A stretch of DNA of 62,494 nt, counting the filler, from Stramenopiles sp. TOSAG23-6 (taxonomy: Eukaryota), in the NCBI GenBank assembly GCA_900128565.1. It is 14 parts of 14 records of this genome, joined end to end, with 100 filler letters (N's around TTAATTAATTAA, not from the genome) between each part and the next. Parts side by side here need not be neighbours in the genome. Positions count along the whole stretch, not along the records: positions 44,825 to 49,172 come from LT637187.1; positions 49,273 to 53,617 come from LT637188.1; positions 53,718 to 58,056 come from LT637189.1; positions 58,157 to 62,494 come from LT637190.1; 10 more parts are not named here. One strand, written 5' to 3'. Under the pieces are notes generated by a model. The model made no database searches. It was not told the DNA's origin and worked only from the letters and a program-made list of their open reading frames with translations. Position 1 is the stretch's first letter; each line of letters begins with the position of its first letter. The position numbers were made by a program, and so were the translations under genes. This document shows, piece by piece, positions 47,453 to 60,344 of this stretch.

Positions 47453-49172
47453 TTATTCTTTACTATTGTTACCAGTCTTTGGAGTAATACTAACTCTTGT
47501 TGCATTTGATCTTTTCTCAGATGATACACTTTTTGCTGATCTATTTTCACTTTTTATGTGTCTATCATTAGTATTCGAAATAGTAGGAAAGAAAGATTGC
47601 GNATTTTTTTTCATTTGCTTGTTTTTAGGAGATTTTCTTGACGGCATAAAAGTTTTCATCTTTGCCACATTTGACAACATTTCTAAATTTTTTGGTGACT
47701 TTAGTATATTTTGTGGAGCATTTAACAAGTTTTTTGCCCCCCCCTTCGAAAGTATTGCCATATGTGCAATAGCTCGTAAAGTAAGGGAACTTCTTCTTCT
47801 TTTTATTTGAACAGCGATTCTTCTTGACATCATTTTTGCAACAATTCCTCGTGATAAGGCATATGCACGAGATTCCTTATCTTCATCAACAGTCCTTAGT
47901 ATCATTGGCCAAATGGTAGGTGCTAACATTTTTACTGCATCAAGCCCCACCACCAAAAGTTTTGAATCTTCAACTGCATAAACACTCATTGAATGTTTTT
48001 CATTAAATGCGATTGCAACATGACCAAATATACTCCCCCGTTCTAATTCATTCACTTCAAGGTATTCACCAGAAGGAGATGTTACTGTTCGAAGCAATAA
48101 CCCCTCTACTAAAATATACAATAGATCTGGCGACCCACCTTCACGTATTATAAACTGACCATTACTAAATGATTTCTTTTGTGTATTAATTGCCCAATTA
48201 CAAAGATTTTCTACACTCATATTTCGATAAACGGGTGATATCGATCTGAGAAATTCTGCTCGAGCTCGGTTTTCTTTTGCTGCGTTTGTTTTTTTTACCA
48301 AAATTCGAACAAAATCAGATTTTTTAAGAACCCATAAGTCCGTTGTTTGGACTGCAATGACAGATGCTGTTCTATTACACTCCTCAAGCAAAGCAATTTC
48401 ACCAAAAAACTTTCCAGAGTCAAGAAATATTCCACGTTGAACAGCTTTTTTCGGTTGCTGCCAGCCAAACATTCCTTTAATTTTTCTAATATGCACTTCT
48501 ACTTTTCCTCGTCTGATTACAAAAAACTCATTACCCGGTTCACCCTGTCGAATGATTGTCTCTCCTTTTCGGCATCTTCTTATCACCATACATTCTGCCA
48601 TTCGATTTGCTTCAGTTTTAGTTATTTTCATCATCATTCTCGTACTATTACATAAGGCGATGTATACAAAATTAGCCATATCATATACAGATATAAATCC
48701 CTCTTCTAATTCTGGAAGCTTAATTTTTTCAGCTTCGAAGTCCAACGTTTGTATCAAATTTTTCAGTGTACCCCTAGTACACTGGTGTTTAATCCGGTCA
48801 TCATAAGACATACTCCGGAGTATACCTTGAATTGGGTGATCTATTACATACTTTCTCCAGAAAACTTTGAAACGTGATAGCGGTAGTAAATCACTTTCTG
48901 GATTATTTTCATCTTCCAAACACTCAACAAATAGCTGTTCGACACGTGTCATATAATTTGATTCACTTTGCCCTAGTGAAGATAGAAAGTGTGTGAGACT
49001 ATGTTTTGTTATTACACCATCAAAATTAGCGTCACACAGTTCAAAGGCAGCTCTATAATTTGCTGCAATAAACGACCACGCCAGAACAAATTCATCGAAA
49101 CTCAAACCTTCAGTTCGTTCAACTTTGAAATGTTCAAGAATAATCCGAATTTGTTTCTTCTGCATTGTGCCA
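47453..49172 (-). CDS. EF-hand plus two cyclic-nucleotide-binding domain protein, 5' partial
   Basis: AFELCDANFDGVIT; IIRQGEPGNEFFVIRRGKV...FFGEIALLEECNRTASV; second CNB domain IIREGG...FGHVAI. Confidence 0.85.
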
Positions 49173-49394
49173 NNNNNNNNNNNNNNNNNNNNNNNNNNNN
49201 NNNNNNNNNNNNNNNNTTAATTAATTAANNNNNNNNNNNNNNNNNNNNNNNNNNNNNNNNNNNNNNNNNNNNTATGTTTTATTTATTTTTTAAATTTTGA
49301 AATTGAATTTTTTTTTTTTTGAAAATTTTGTACGAAATGTTGTACCTAACAAATTGAAATTTTTTTTTTCTGAAAATATTTTTACAAAATACAT

Positions 49395-52300
49395 CGATCT
49401 CCATTGTGTTATGCTTGTCAAAGAGGAAATGAAGATATCGTACGTTTTTTGTTATCACAGGGAGCTAATATTCATCATTGTGATGATACATTACAAATGC
49501 CTCTAGGGTATTCAACATCTTTGAATATTATATCTTATTTACTGTCTAACTTGTTTGAAAAGAACAAATTCGAAAAAAACAAATTGGAAAAAAACAAGTT
49601 TGAAACCAATGAAAACAACAAGTTTGAAACCAATGAAACAAACGGTATATCAATTCGTCCAATTCAAAATAATCCAACACAAAATCATATTGATAATCCT
49701 ATTTTGTTAAATAATACTGAAAAACAACAATTAAAGAAATATTTGAATCATTTAAATCAAGATAATAAATCAGCTTTAACATTTGCTTGTCAAAATGGAA
49801 ATCTAAAAGTAATTAAATATTTATTAGAAAAAGGTCTTGATGCTACAATTCTTGATACAAACAAAAAAACATTGTTGATGCATGTTCCACAATGTCAAAA
49901 TCAAATTCAAATTTTTCAATGCTTATTTGAAGCAGGTATGTTTTTTTTTTTTTTTTACAGAAAAATCGAATTTATATTTTTTTTTTTATAAAAAATTTGT
50001 ACCTAACGGGTTTTTTTTTGAAATATTTTTCCAAAACACAGGCACAAATGTAAATGCGAGAGATAGCACAGGTAAAACTATAATGCATTATGTAGCTGCA
50101 CAGACCAATGGAGCAAACCTGATGAAGTTAATAACCTCTTCATTTGAAACAATGATGTCCGTTTTCAATTTCGAATTTCAAATTTCAAATTTATTTTTTT
50201 TTATTTTTTTTTTTTGGTTTTTCAAATTTATTTTTTTTTATTTTTTTTTTTTTGGTTTTTGGTTTTTGGTTTTCATACGAAATTTCGTACCTAACATTTT
50301 TTTTTTATAGAAAATTTTAAAATATTCTTTCATAATATATTGATGCTATTGATGAAACCAAGCGAACACCTTTAAGTTATGTATCTAATTCAGATAGTGC
50401 ATCTCATTTGCTTCAAATAGGATCAAATGTAGATATTGAAGATATTCAAAAAAGAACGGTGTTAAGTTATATATGTGAAGCAGCAAGAGACCCTAACCCT
50501 AACCATAACCAAAATTATAAGAGAATATTACAATTATTATTTTCTTGTGGTGCTGATTTCTCAGGAGGTCATGCTAAACGCAATGCAATAACATTTGCAT
50601 CAAAACCTAATATATTAAAACAATTTGTGAAATCTGGTGCAAATGTTTTTTCCACTGATTCGCATGGGCGAAATATTTTGCATTATTTTGCTTGGAAATG
50701 TTCTCAAAACCCTAATTCTTGTTGTAATGAATTGACGACAAGTTGGAATTCTGAGGATAAAAAATGGGTTTTGAACCCTAACCCTAATCCTAGTTCAACT
50801 ATAAAAAGTCATACATTGATACAATCTACATCTTCAGACTTTTCTAATGATATTGAAATTGCTAAAGTACTCCAAGTGAACATGGAAAAAGCAAAGGCAA
50901 TTCATATAACTGCAGAATCCGTCCGAGCAAATGCTGCGGTTCATTGTGTGCTCCAACAGACGTATAGAATAGCAAAAGCAGAAGAAAAACGATTTCAAAA
51001 ATATGCTGATATTAAAGTTACACTTGAATTGGCTGCAAGGCAACGATGGAACAAAGCACAATATGGAATACCTGCAGAAACTCTTGTCACAATAAATAAT
51101 GAATTATTAAAGTCTAAAATAAATGAAACTGCTGCAAGAGTACAGTATAATTTAATGGCTGCAGGAAAACATGATGCAACAGCATTGACAAAGTTATCCA
51201 AACATGTATAATTTCATCATGAATTTATTAATTTATTTTTTTATACGAAATTTCGTACCTAACTATTTTTTTTTTTGTAATTTTTTTTTTTTTTTTTTTT
51301 TACCAAATTTTGGACCCAAACTTTTTTTTTTTTTTTTTTAAACATGTCGCATCTATGGTCGATACATACCAACAGACTGTGCGTAGATGTACGTTTTCAA
51401 TTTTGATTTTTTTTTTAAACTTTTGAAATTTTTTTTTGTATGAAATTTTGTACCTAACCAAAAAAAAACCCAAAAAAAAAACTAAAAAAAAAATTTTTTT
51501 TTTTTCAAAATATTGTTCAAAAATGTATGGTTTGTTGCTCATGGCATTTTATCCGATGACAAGGTGAAACAATTAGGTAGACAACTTTCTGAACAGAAAG
51601 ATGTTTTACAGTCTCAAGAAAGATCTTTACAATCATATTTGGATAAATTGCAAATTGCAATGGAAAAGAAAGCAACAATACAAAAAATACAAAAACAATC
51701 TAAATCAAAATATTCAAAATATTCAAAATATTCAAATTCAGATAAAACAGACAGTTTTTTGAAAGACGAAAAAAACATTGAAAACAATGAAAACAATGAA
51801 AAAGAAATCAAACAACTTGAAGATAAAAAGAGAGAAGTATCTAATGAAGTCGAGGTATGTTTTTGTTTCAATCTTTTTTTTTTTTCAATCTTTTTTCGAT
51901 TTCAAATTTGCTTCATTTTTACATAGTAAATTTTGTACCTAACAATTTAAAAAAAAAAAAAAAAATGAAAAAAATATTGTTTTGTAATATAGGTAGCACG
52001 CCAAATAGTACACAAATTACAAGAAACATATACAAAAGCATTAAATGCAAAAAACCTTTCAAATGCTTATATAAAGATAAGAGATAATAAAGTTGCCCAA
52101 GAAAAAATATATAAACAATTACAAAATGTGTTGGGTGTAATACCTACAGAAGAAAAGAAACAATTGAAAACAAAATGGATGTATGTTTTAATTTTTTTTT
52201 TTGAGACTTAAAAAAAAATCGATTTTTTTTTTATAAAAATTTTGTACCTAACAATTTTTTTTTGAAAATATTTTCCAAAAATATATGAATATTCAATTTG

Positions 52301-53546
52301 TACTTGCTGAAGCGATGCATTCCGTTGTGAAATCAAAAGCCAAAACTAAACAAGCGTATATAAAAATGAAAAATGCATGGAAACAATGTCAAGATGCACA
52401 TATTGAATATGGAATGGCTTGTTTGTTTTATATATTTTTTTATATATTTTTATATATTTTTATATTTTTTATATATTTTTTTATATTTTTTTTTTTTTTT
52501 CATAGTAAATTTCATACCTAACAAAAAAAAAATAAAATATATTTTTCACAAAACATGTTTGACAAAAGAATCTCGTGATAATCTACTTAAATATCGTACC
52601 ATGAAAGAATTTGAATCAGATTCAAATCCAGGAAAATATTTTGGCATTTTAGGAACATTACAAACAAGTTTTGGGCTTGGTATTGATGTGAATAGTGTAG
52701 ATAGAAAAGGTCGTTCAATATTGCATTACATTATTGGCGTGTACAACCCTAACCCTAACACTACTATACACACAAAAAACAAAAAAAACAAAAAAAACAA
52801 AAAAAACAAAAAAAACAAAATACAAAATTCAAATTCAAACATACATATAAATATTGTAGATTCAGGTATATTACACGTTATACAAAAGCAACAGAGATTG
52901 GCTTTACAATTAGCCTTATCCATGGGAGCAAATATTGACATTTGTGATTGTGAAGGACGTTCGACGTTAAGCTATGCATGTATCTTTTAATTTTTTTTTT
53001 AAATTTTTTGTCTACATTTTTTCATAGTAAATTTTATACCTAACAATTTTTTTTTTTACTAACCAAAAAAAAAAAAATTTTGAAATATTTTTCCAAAATA
53101 CATGTGAATATGAAAATCATCAAGCCATTGAACTTCTTTTGTTTGCTGGAGCAAATGTACATTGTACAGATAATTCAAATAGAGATCCAATTACGTAGGT
53201 TTTTTTTTTTTTTTTGTAAAACTTGTTAGGTACAAAATTTCGTACGAAACCAAAAAAAAAAAATATATTTTTTTTTTTAATTTTTTTTCTTACATTTTTT
53301 TTTATAGTAAATTTCATACCTAACAATTTTTTTTTATAGTAAATTTTTAAATATTTTTTCACAATATATATATGCTTGTAGTTTAAAAAGTCTTTTACTT
53401 TTATTAGACGCCGATGCATCGCCAAATAGTAAAATCAATGCAGAAAATGTAACTATATTAATGGAAGCATCTAAGAATGGTTCAGTTTTAATTGCCAAAG
53501 CTCTGTTAGCAAAGGGTGGTTCAATTTTGGTACGAGATGTTGATAT
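49395..53546 (+). CDS. Large ankyrin-repeat/coiled-coil protein, partial, ten exons
   Basis: Introns 49936-50041 (AG), 50157-50340 (AT), 51206-51345 (AT), 51389-51528 (AT), 51855-51992 (AG), 52181-52286 (AT), 52421-52556 (AT), 52980-53103 (AT) and 53195-53369 (AT) give a continuous frame with intact ankyrin repeats. Confidence 0.85.
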
Positions 53547-53564
53547 GTTTGTTTTTTTCATCCA

Positions 53565-53617
<53 letters not shown>

Positions 53618-53989
53618 NNNNNNNNNNNNNNNNNNNNNNNNNNNNNNNNNNNNNNNNNNNNTTAATTAATTAANNNNNNNNNNNNNNNNNNNNNNNNNNN
53701 NNNNNNNNNNNNNNNNNATATCTGATATAATTGTATTTGTACCATTTTTTTATACTTGAAAAATTTGTACAACTTTTTTTTTTTTTTTCTTTTTTTAAAT
53801 GTGTACTTTTTTTTTTATACTTGAAATGTTCTATGAAAAAAAATCTCAAAAAATACAATTGTATATATATACATTATATATATACATTATATATATACAT
53901 TATCTCCAGAGATAATTACTACAATACAATAATATATTGTATTTTTTTTTTATATTTTTTATATTTTTCATATAATTTTACTTTTGACA

Positions 53990-54350
53990 TATTATTCACA
54001 TTTTAAAAAAGTTATTATTGGGCATGTACGTTTTTTTTTTCATACGAAATTTTGTACCTAACAAAAAAAATGACCAATTTTGAAATTTTGAAATTTTGAA
54101 ATTTTGATTTTTTTTTTTTTGGTTTCATACGAAATTTTGTACCTAAGAAAAAAAAATTAACCAATTTTGAATTTAATTTTTTTTCACAATATATCGAGGT
54201 GCAGTNAATGCATGCGCATTTTTACCTGAAGGGGATAGTTGTATTTCTGTTGGAAATGATAAATCATTACGCATTTGGAGCACATTACCAAATGATATTG
54301 ATGAGAGTTATGCAACTGATAGTGAATATGAATATTATACTGATGATTAA
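53990..54350 (+). CDS. Last WD40 repeat of a WD40 protein, 5' partial
   Basis: IIGH|RGAVNACAFLPEGDSCISVGNDKSLRIWS after removing GT-AT intron 54026-54194. Confidence 0.75.
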
Positions 54351-54388
54351 ATGGATAAAAAAAATATTATGGTTATATTATATATATA

Positions 54389-54439
<51 letters not shown>

Positions 54440-54522
54440 AAATTTTTTCAAAAATTTCAAAAAAAATTTTTTTTTTTGAAAAAATTAAAAAAATAGGAAA
54501 AAAAGGTTTCATGAAAAAATAC

Positions 54523-56332
54523 ATCTTTTGTGTTTGATAGAAGCATTGCCGTATTATGAAGACGTTGAACAGCTTCAAGTAACCAAGCATTCATATCACT
54601 AGGTACATAGGATGCAGCAAAATTTTGTAATGCAGCAATAGCATCAGTATAATCTCTTGATATTTCTTTTGTTTTTTCAAATAAATTTTCATTATTTTTT
54701 TTTTCAAATTTTTTTTCAAAATGTTTTGTTTTTTTTGTTTTTTTTATTTTTTCATCATCTTGTTCAGTATATTGTTCATCATCTTGTTCATCATCTTGTT
54801 CAGTATATTGTTCATCTATATTTTCATCATCTTGCTGATTATGTTGTACATCACGCACAGTGTCTATGTTTAATGGATGGAATGAACCAACACTTTCTCT
54901 TTCAAGTTGTTTTTCTTTGAAATCAGTCATGANTATATATATTTTGGAAAAATATTTCAAAAAAAAAAAATCTAAAATTTTTTTTGTTAGGTACAAAATG
55001 TCGTATGAAAACCAAAAAAAAAAAAAAAAAAATTTTAAATTTAAATTTAAAAAAAAAAAAAAAAAAAACATACATTTTCAGCAATATTGCTCTGTTTTGA
55101 TATTTTTTCTACTTCAAATGTTTTACTACAAAATCCTGAAAATCCTGAAATAAACTGAGTTGATACTCCAAGTTCTTCCATTGTAAATGATTGTAACCAT
55201 ATCATTTGTTTTTGCCATCGTTTGTCCTCTTTATCAATAATTGATTGATTATAACATTGACATAATTTTTTTATAGGTGCTAAATTATAAATTGCATTTG
55301 AGGCGAGTAATAGTAAACAATTATTTTCTTCTTTTTCCGCCTTTTCACAATATCGTTTTGTTTTTTCAATTTCAGTTGCGAGACACTGAGCTTCAATTTC
55401 TGTAGTTGATGTATTTTGGAAAAATATTTCAAAAAAAATTTTTTACCAAAAAAAAAAAAAATTTGTTAGGTACAAAATTTTCAAAAAAAAAAAATGTAGA
55501 CTAAAAAAACATTGAAAAAAAACAAAAGATACATGTTGGCGAAGTGGATAAAATGGTTGTCAACCGTCTTGAAATACGTGAAGATGTTGTTTCGGATATT
55601 TTAGGTGTTTCGGATGTTTTAGGTGTTTCGGAGGTTTTAGGTGTTTCGGAGGTTTTAAAGGTTTTTAAGGTTTCATTTTCATCTTTTATATTTTTTTGTT
55701 TCATTACTTTTATTTGAGCTTTCGCAACAATACGAGATTTAACTTTAGCTAATCGAAGTTTTTTTGATAGTCTTTTTGTATCATATTGACCAATTTCAAA
55801 ATGTGCAGCTACAGCTTTAGAAAAATATTCAACAAAAGCATGAACTAAACCAGGAGGCAAATAATAATTATTATTATTATTATTATTATTATCATTATTA
55901 TTATTTGTAGTAGTAGTAGTAGTAGTATTTGTAGTAGTAGTATTATTATTATTAGTAGTAGTAGTATTATTATTATTAGTAGTAGTATTATTTGTAGTAG
56001 TATTATTATTATTATTATTAGTAGTAGTAGTAGTATTATTAGTACTAGTAGTAGTATCATAAATATTATTATTATTATTAGTAGTAGTAGTATCATTTAT
56101 AGTATTTTTTTGTTTTTTTCGTTCCTTCAAAACTTCTTCCGTACGTGTTCTAACTCTATTTAACCATCGATACAAAAGTCTTCCTGGTCTGTTTCTCACA
56201 TCTAATGCAATTGAATTAAACATATTTTGTAAAATAAAAGGAATTTTCAAACCCTTTGGTGACTCAAAATTCCACACAGCTCCTTTATCATCATTATCAT
56301 CATTATTATTATTTGTTGTATCATCATTACTA

Positions 56333-56363
<31 letters not shown>

Positions 56364-57969
56364 TATTATCATTATTATTATCATCACTAGTATCATCATC
56401 ATTATTATCATCATTATTATCATCATCAGTATTATCATCATCATTATAACAATAATCACGAAAAACACTTTGTAATCCAATATAATCAAATTGTCCAGAT
56501 TTCGTGACATCATGAATAATACCTAATAAATCGTTTTTTTGTACTTCATAAGATCGTAATCGAGATCGTGATTCAAGTATTGTGAAAAAATATTTCAACA
56601 AAAATTTTAGAAAAAATTGTTAGGTACGAAATTTTTTTACGAAATTTTTTTACGAAAAAAAAAAAAAATTAAATTAGAAATTCATATAAAATTAAATTAG
56701 AAATTCATATAAAACGTACAACCATTGCGATACGTTTTGTTGAACGGTCAAACTCTTTCTGTATTTCGTGTACTTTTTGAACATGTGTAAATATATAATC
56801 ATCTCGGGCTGCTAGCATGTACTGTGAAAAACAATATTTCATTTTTTGATTTTATTTTGTTTTTGTTAGGTACAAAATTTCGTATGAAAAAAAATTTCAC
56901 AAAAAAAAAAAAAATGTTGAAATTTTTGATTTTGTTTTTTTGTTTTCTATGAAAATTTCGTATGAAAAATCAAAAAAAAATATATCGAAAACATACATTT
57001 CCGGAGGAAGAAAAAAATTACCTGCTAATACAGGAATTGCAATTTTTTTCTTATCAATTAAAAAATTAACACAATCTTGTAACTCAAGGCACCATGAATG
57101 TGATGATTGATAATTTGGTGCAGCTAGAAAAAAAGTTTTAGGCCCAGTACGGGATGGGATACCTAATAAAAATATATTTTGTAAAGAATATTTTTTTTTT
57201 CATATTTTTTTGTTAGGTACAAAATTTACTATGAAAAAAAAACTGTAAAAAAAAAAATGTAATTTTTTTTTTTTTTTTTTTTTTACATTTGTTAGGTACA
57301 AAATTTACTATGAAAAAAAAATTTATGAAAAAAAAAAAAAAAAAAAAAATTCATGAAATGACACAGACGCATTTTCAACACTTCCAAATCCCATAGAAAT
57401 GCATTCTTCGGACGTTTTAGGATCCGATACCCATGTTTCACTAGTAAAATCAATAAATCCTCTAGGAGTCAATTTTTCTTCAATCGCACGTTTTTTATAT
57501 ACAGTGATTNGNTCAGTTNTTTTTTTTNGANTTTTTTTTTGAATTTTTTTTCAAAATTTTTTTTGAATTTTTTTTCAAAATTTTTTTTGAATTGTTTTTC
57601 AAATTATTTTTTGAATTATACAGTGAATCTTCATGTGTAATTGTCGTATCCATTGTAGTATTCCATGGTAACTCTGTCTCTTGATAATAATATAAACGAA
57701 ATGCTAGAGGTCGTACAGAATCGGGATAAATTGTAAAGAAATATATTTTTTTTAGTTTTTTAGTTTTTTAGTTTTTTAGTTTTATAGTTAGGTACAAAAT
57801 TTACTATGAAAAAAAAAAAAAAAAATTTGAAATAACAAACATGATATTGTTTCCATTGTAAAGTAGTATTATTTAATCGGACAATTATCGGTGGATATTG
57901 GAGAGGTGCAAATCGGAAGTTACGCCATTTCCATCTTCGTAGAATATCTGAACGTTTTAATAAATTTCC
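54523..57969 (-). CDS. PH domain plus probable VPS9 (Rab5 GEF) domain protein, partial, Asn/Thr/Asp-rich inserts
   Basis: GNLLKRSDILRRWKWRNF...LYYY...PRGFIDF...ENAF...TFFLAA...W (PH); YTDAIAALQNFAASYVPSDM (VPS9-like). Introns 57726-57840, 57174-57368, 56817-56996, 55409-55532 and 54937-55073 (AT) and 56575-56719 (TT); 57500-57620 unresolved because of Ns. Confidence 0.7.
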
Positions 57970-58156
57970 ATGTATTTTTCAAAAATATGTTTCAAAAAAA
58001 AAAATCGTTAGGTACAAAATTTCGTACGAAAAAAAAAAAAAAAAAATAAAAAAAGGNNNNNNNNNNNNNNNNNNNNNNNNNNNNNNNNNNNNNNNNNNNN
58101 TTAATTAATTAANNNNNNNNNNNNNNNNNNNNNNNNNNNNNNNNNNNNNNNNNNNN

Positions 58157-58425
58157 ATTTTTTGTATTTTTTGTATTTTTTGTATTTTTTGTATTTTTTG
58201 TATTTTTTGTAAAATTTGAAAACTGTTTTTTTTTAATATTTTTACGTATATGCCAATTTTTAAATTCATCTAACGCTGATATTATAGCAACCTTGGCCAC
58301 TTCAGGTGGAAACAAACTAAGATCAATTTGTGATTGAGCAGGTTTGTTTTTATCAATGGACCAAGTTTTAAAGTAACCGTCTCTGTGACTTTGGTTATAT
58401 AACTGTAATGCCTTGGCTTGATGAC
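58157..58425 (-). CDS. Exon resembling a PPR/Smr-domain region
   Basis: ALQLYNQSHRDGYF...IDLSLFPPEVAKVAIISAL. Confidence 0.4.
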
Positions 58426-58684
58426 CTTTTGTATTGTAAAAAAATATTTTTTTTTTTTTTTTTTTTTTTTTGGGAAAAATTTTTTTTTTAAAAAAAAATT
58501 AAAAAAAAAAAAAAAAAAATTAATTTTTGTTTAGGTAAAAAATTTCTTATGAAAAAAAAAAATGAAAAAAAAAAAAAAATTTTCAAAAAAAAAAAAATAA
58601 TAATAATTTTTGTTTTCTATGAAAATTTCGTATGAAAAAAAAAAAATGAAAAAAAAAAAAAATTTTAAATAAAGTATGAAAACC

Positions 58685-59983
58685 AACTTTAACAGTTTGT
58701 TGGACAACGACTCGAGGATTTGGTTGATGTATAACTGAGGATTCCTGTGGTGCAGGGGTACCTCCTAATACAGCGCATATGTCGTGTGATGAAAAACCTT
58801 CCCCTTTCATTCTCATTTTAATCACAATATCAGGTGCACCTGTTTTTTTCATATCGAACCATTGTTGCAATCTTGGATCATGAGTTTTCGTTGCTTCGGC
58901 AAAAACAGATTTTCCTGATGTGAACGGTAAATTGAGTTTTTGTTTTTTTTGTTTAATTTGTTTTTTTTGTTTTATACCATGAACTGTTGGTTGCTCAGCT
59001 GGTCTTTGTTTTCGGATCTGTGGTATCGGTGGTTTTTGTTTACTTTTTACATTACGTGTCGGGCGTATTGGGGCCGATGGTGTTGGCACATTATGCGATA
59101 TTTCGTGTTCATCATCAGAAAAGACTTTTGAAAATGGAATACCATCTTTTTTCATAGCTTTCTTGATTGCTCGAGTTGGGATACCAAGTCCTTTCATATG
59201 TTTATATTTCTTGATCTTGTCTTCAGTAGATAAAGTTGACATTCTACGTTTTGGCTTGGACGATCGAGTGGGCGGTGTTGGTGGAGTTCTATTAGCAACA
59301 TCATTTTGTAGCCTTTCAATCAAAAGTTTTTTAACTTCAGGTTTATTAAAGTCTTTTTTACGAAAACCTTGCTTTTTAAACTCTTGTTTCCATCTTTTTG
59401 GAATTTGAGCCCAGTCGATGTCTCCTTTAGCGTCAATTCCGACATGATATTCATGTTTGACGTTGGCAACACCAACAACTGAAAAATCCACTTCCTTCTT
59501 TTTCCCTCTAAAGTTGTTCCAGCCAGTAGAGAGAGAAGACAAGAAACCTTTACTTTTAGTTGATTTTGCAGCTTTAAAATTGGATAGAGGTGCACCATAC
59601 TTCTTAGTAACATATGTGTTAAATTTTTTAGCCATCTTACGCGCCTCGTCTGGATCAGCATAAGCTATNCCTGCCATATGTGACTCTAGTTCAAATGCAT
59701 GAAACCGATCATTTAGTTCAATTAACTGAATTCCTCGATATACTTCAGTTTCAAAAGCGATACTACATGTTTGAATATTATAAATACGGAGAACTACGGT
59801 TTGAAGTTTTCTATTCATGACTAAAGTTAAAATCCCGGTTGCACCAGTCTCAACCCAATCATAAGCAACTTGTGATTTTGGATCAGCCAACACAAGCTTT
59901 GCTGCAGCATACGCTAATACAGTGCATGAACTAGGCAACTTTTGTTTCACTGATTTTAATTCATCGCTAGTTATCAACGGCAT
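58685..59983 (-). CDS. WASP-like protein (WH1, CRIB-like, proline-rich), 3' partial
   Basis: WVETGATGILTLV...AFETEVY...FHAFE...AYADPDEARK (WH1); VVGVANVKHEYHVG (CRIB-like); two KYxxMxxxGxP-type repeats. Confidence 0.8.
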
Positions 59984-60344
59984 AATTGTATACTTTTTTT
60001 TTTCTTTTTCACTTTTTTTTTTAGCTCTTTTTCCCCCATCATCAACATTTGAAGTTGAAGTTCGTTGAAGTTGAACGATTTGAATGATTTGAATTATTTT
60101 TGGAGAGGAATGAAGCAAATTTAAGGCAGAACAAGTCTGGAAGTCAGCGAATTTCCGCGAATTTCAAATTTATTTTGTTGCGCGCATCAAAAAAATGGAG
60201 CGTCAACTTCTTCTTCTTCTCCCTCATCATCAACCCTGTGTTTGTAACAAAATTACACTGTGCGTACGTGCCCGCTGGTAGTGCTTATATTTACAGAATA
60301 CACAATTTAGGACATTTAACGTATATAATATTAATAGATAGTTC

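Noticed and set aside
49273-53617. Ciliate-like DNA-eliminated sequences or stop-codon reassignment
   Set aside because: The elements follow the transcription direction and have GT and CTAAC signals. Conserved genes (ELF1, ARPC5) end at TAA and the long ORFs need no read-through.
57500-57620. Possible intron in the PH-VPS9 gene
   Set aside because: It lacks the boxes and contains Ns; it may be a low-complexity exon segment with an assembly indel, so it is left unresolved and not counted.
29809-59983. Functional clustering of ARPC5 and WASP-like genes
   Set aside because: They are on different contigs placed together only by length sorting.
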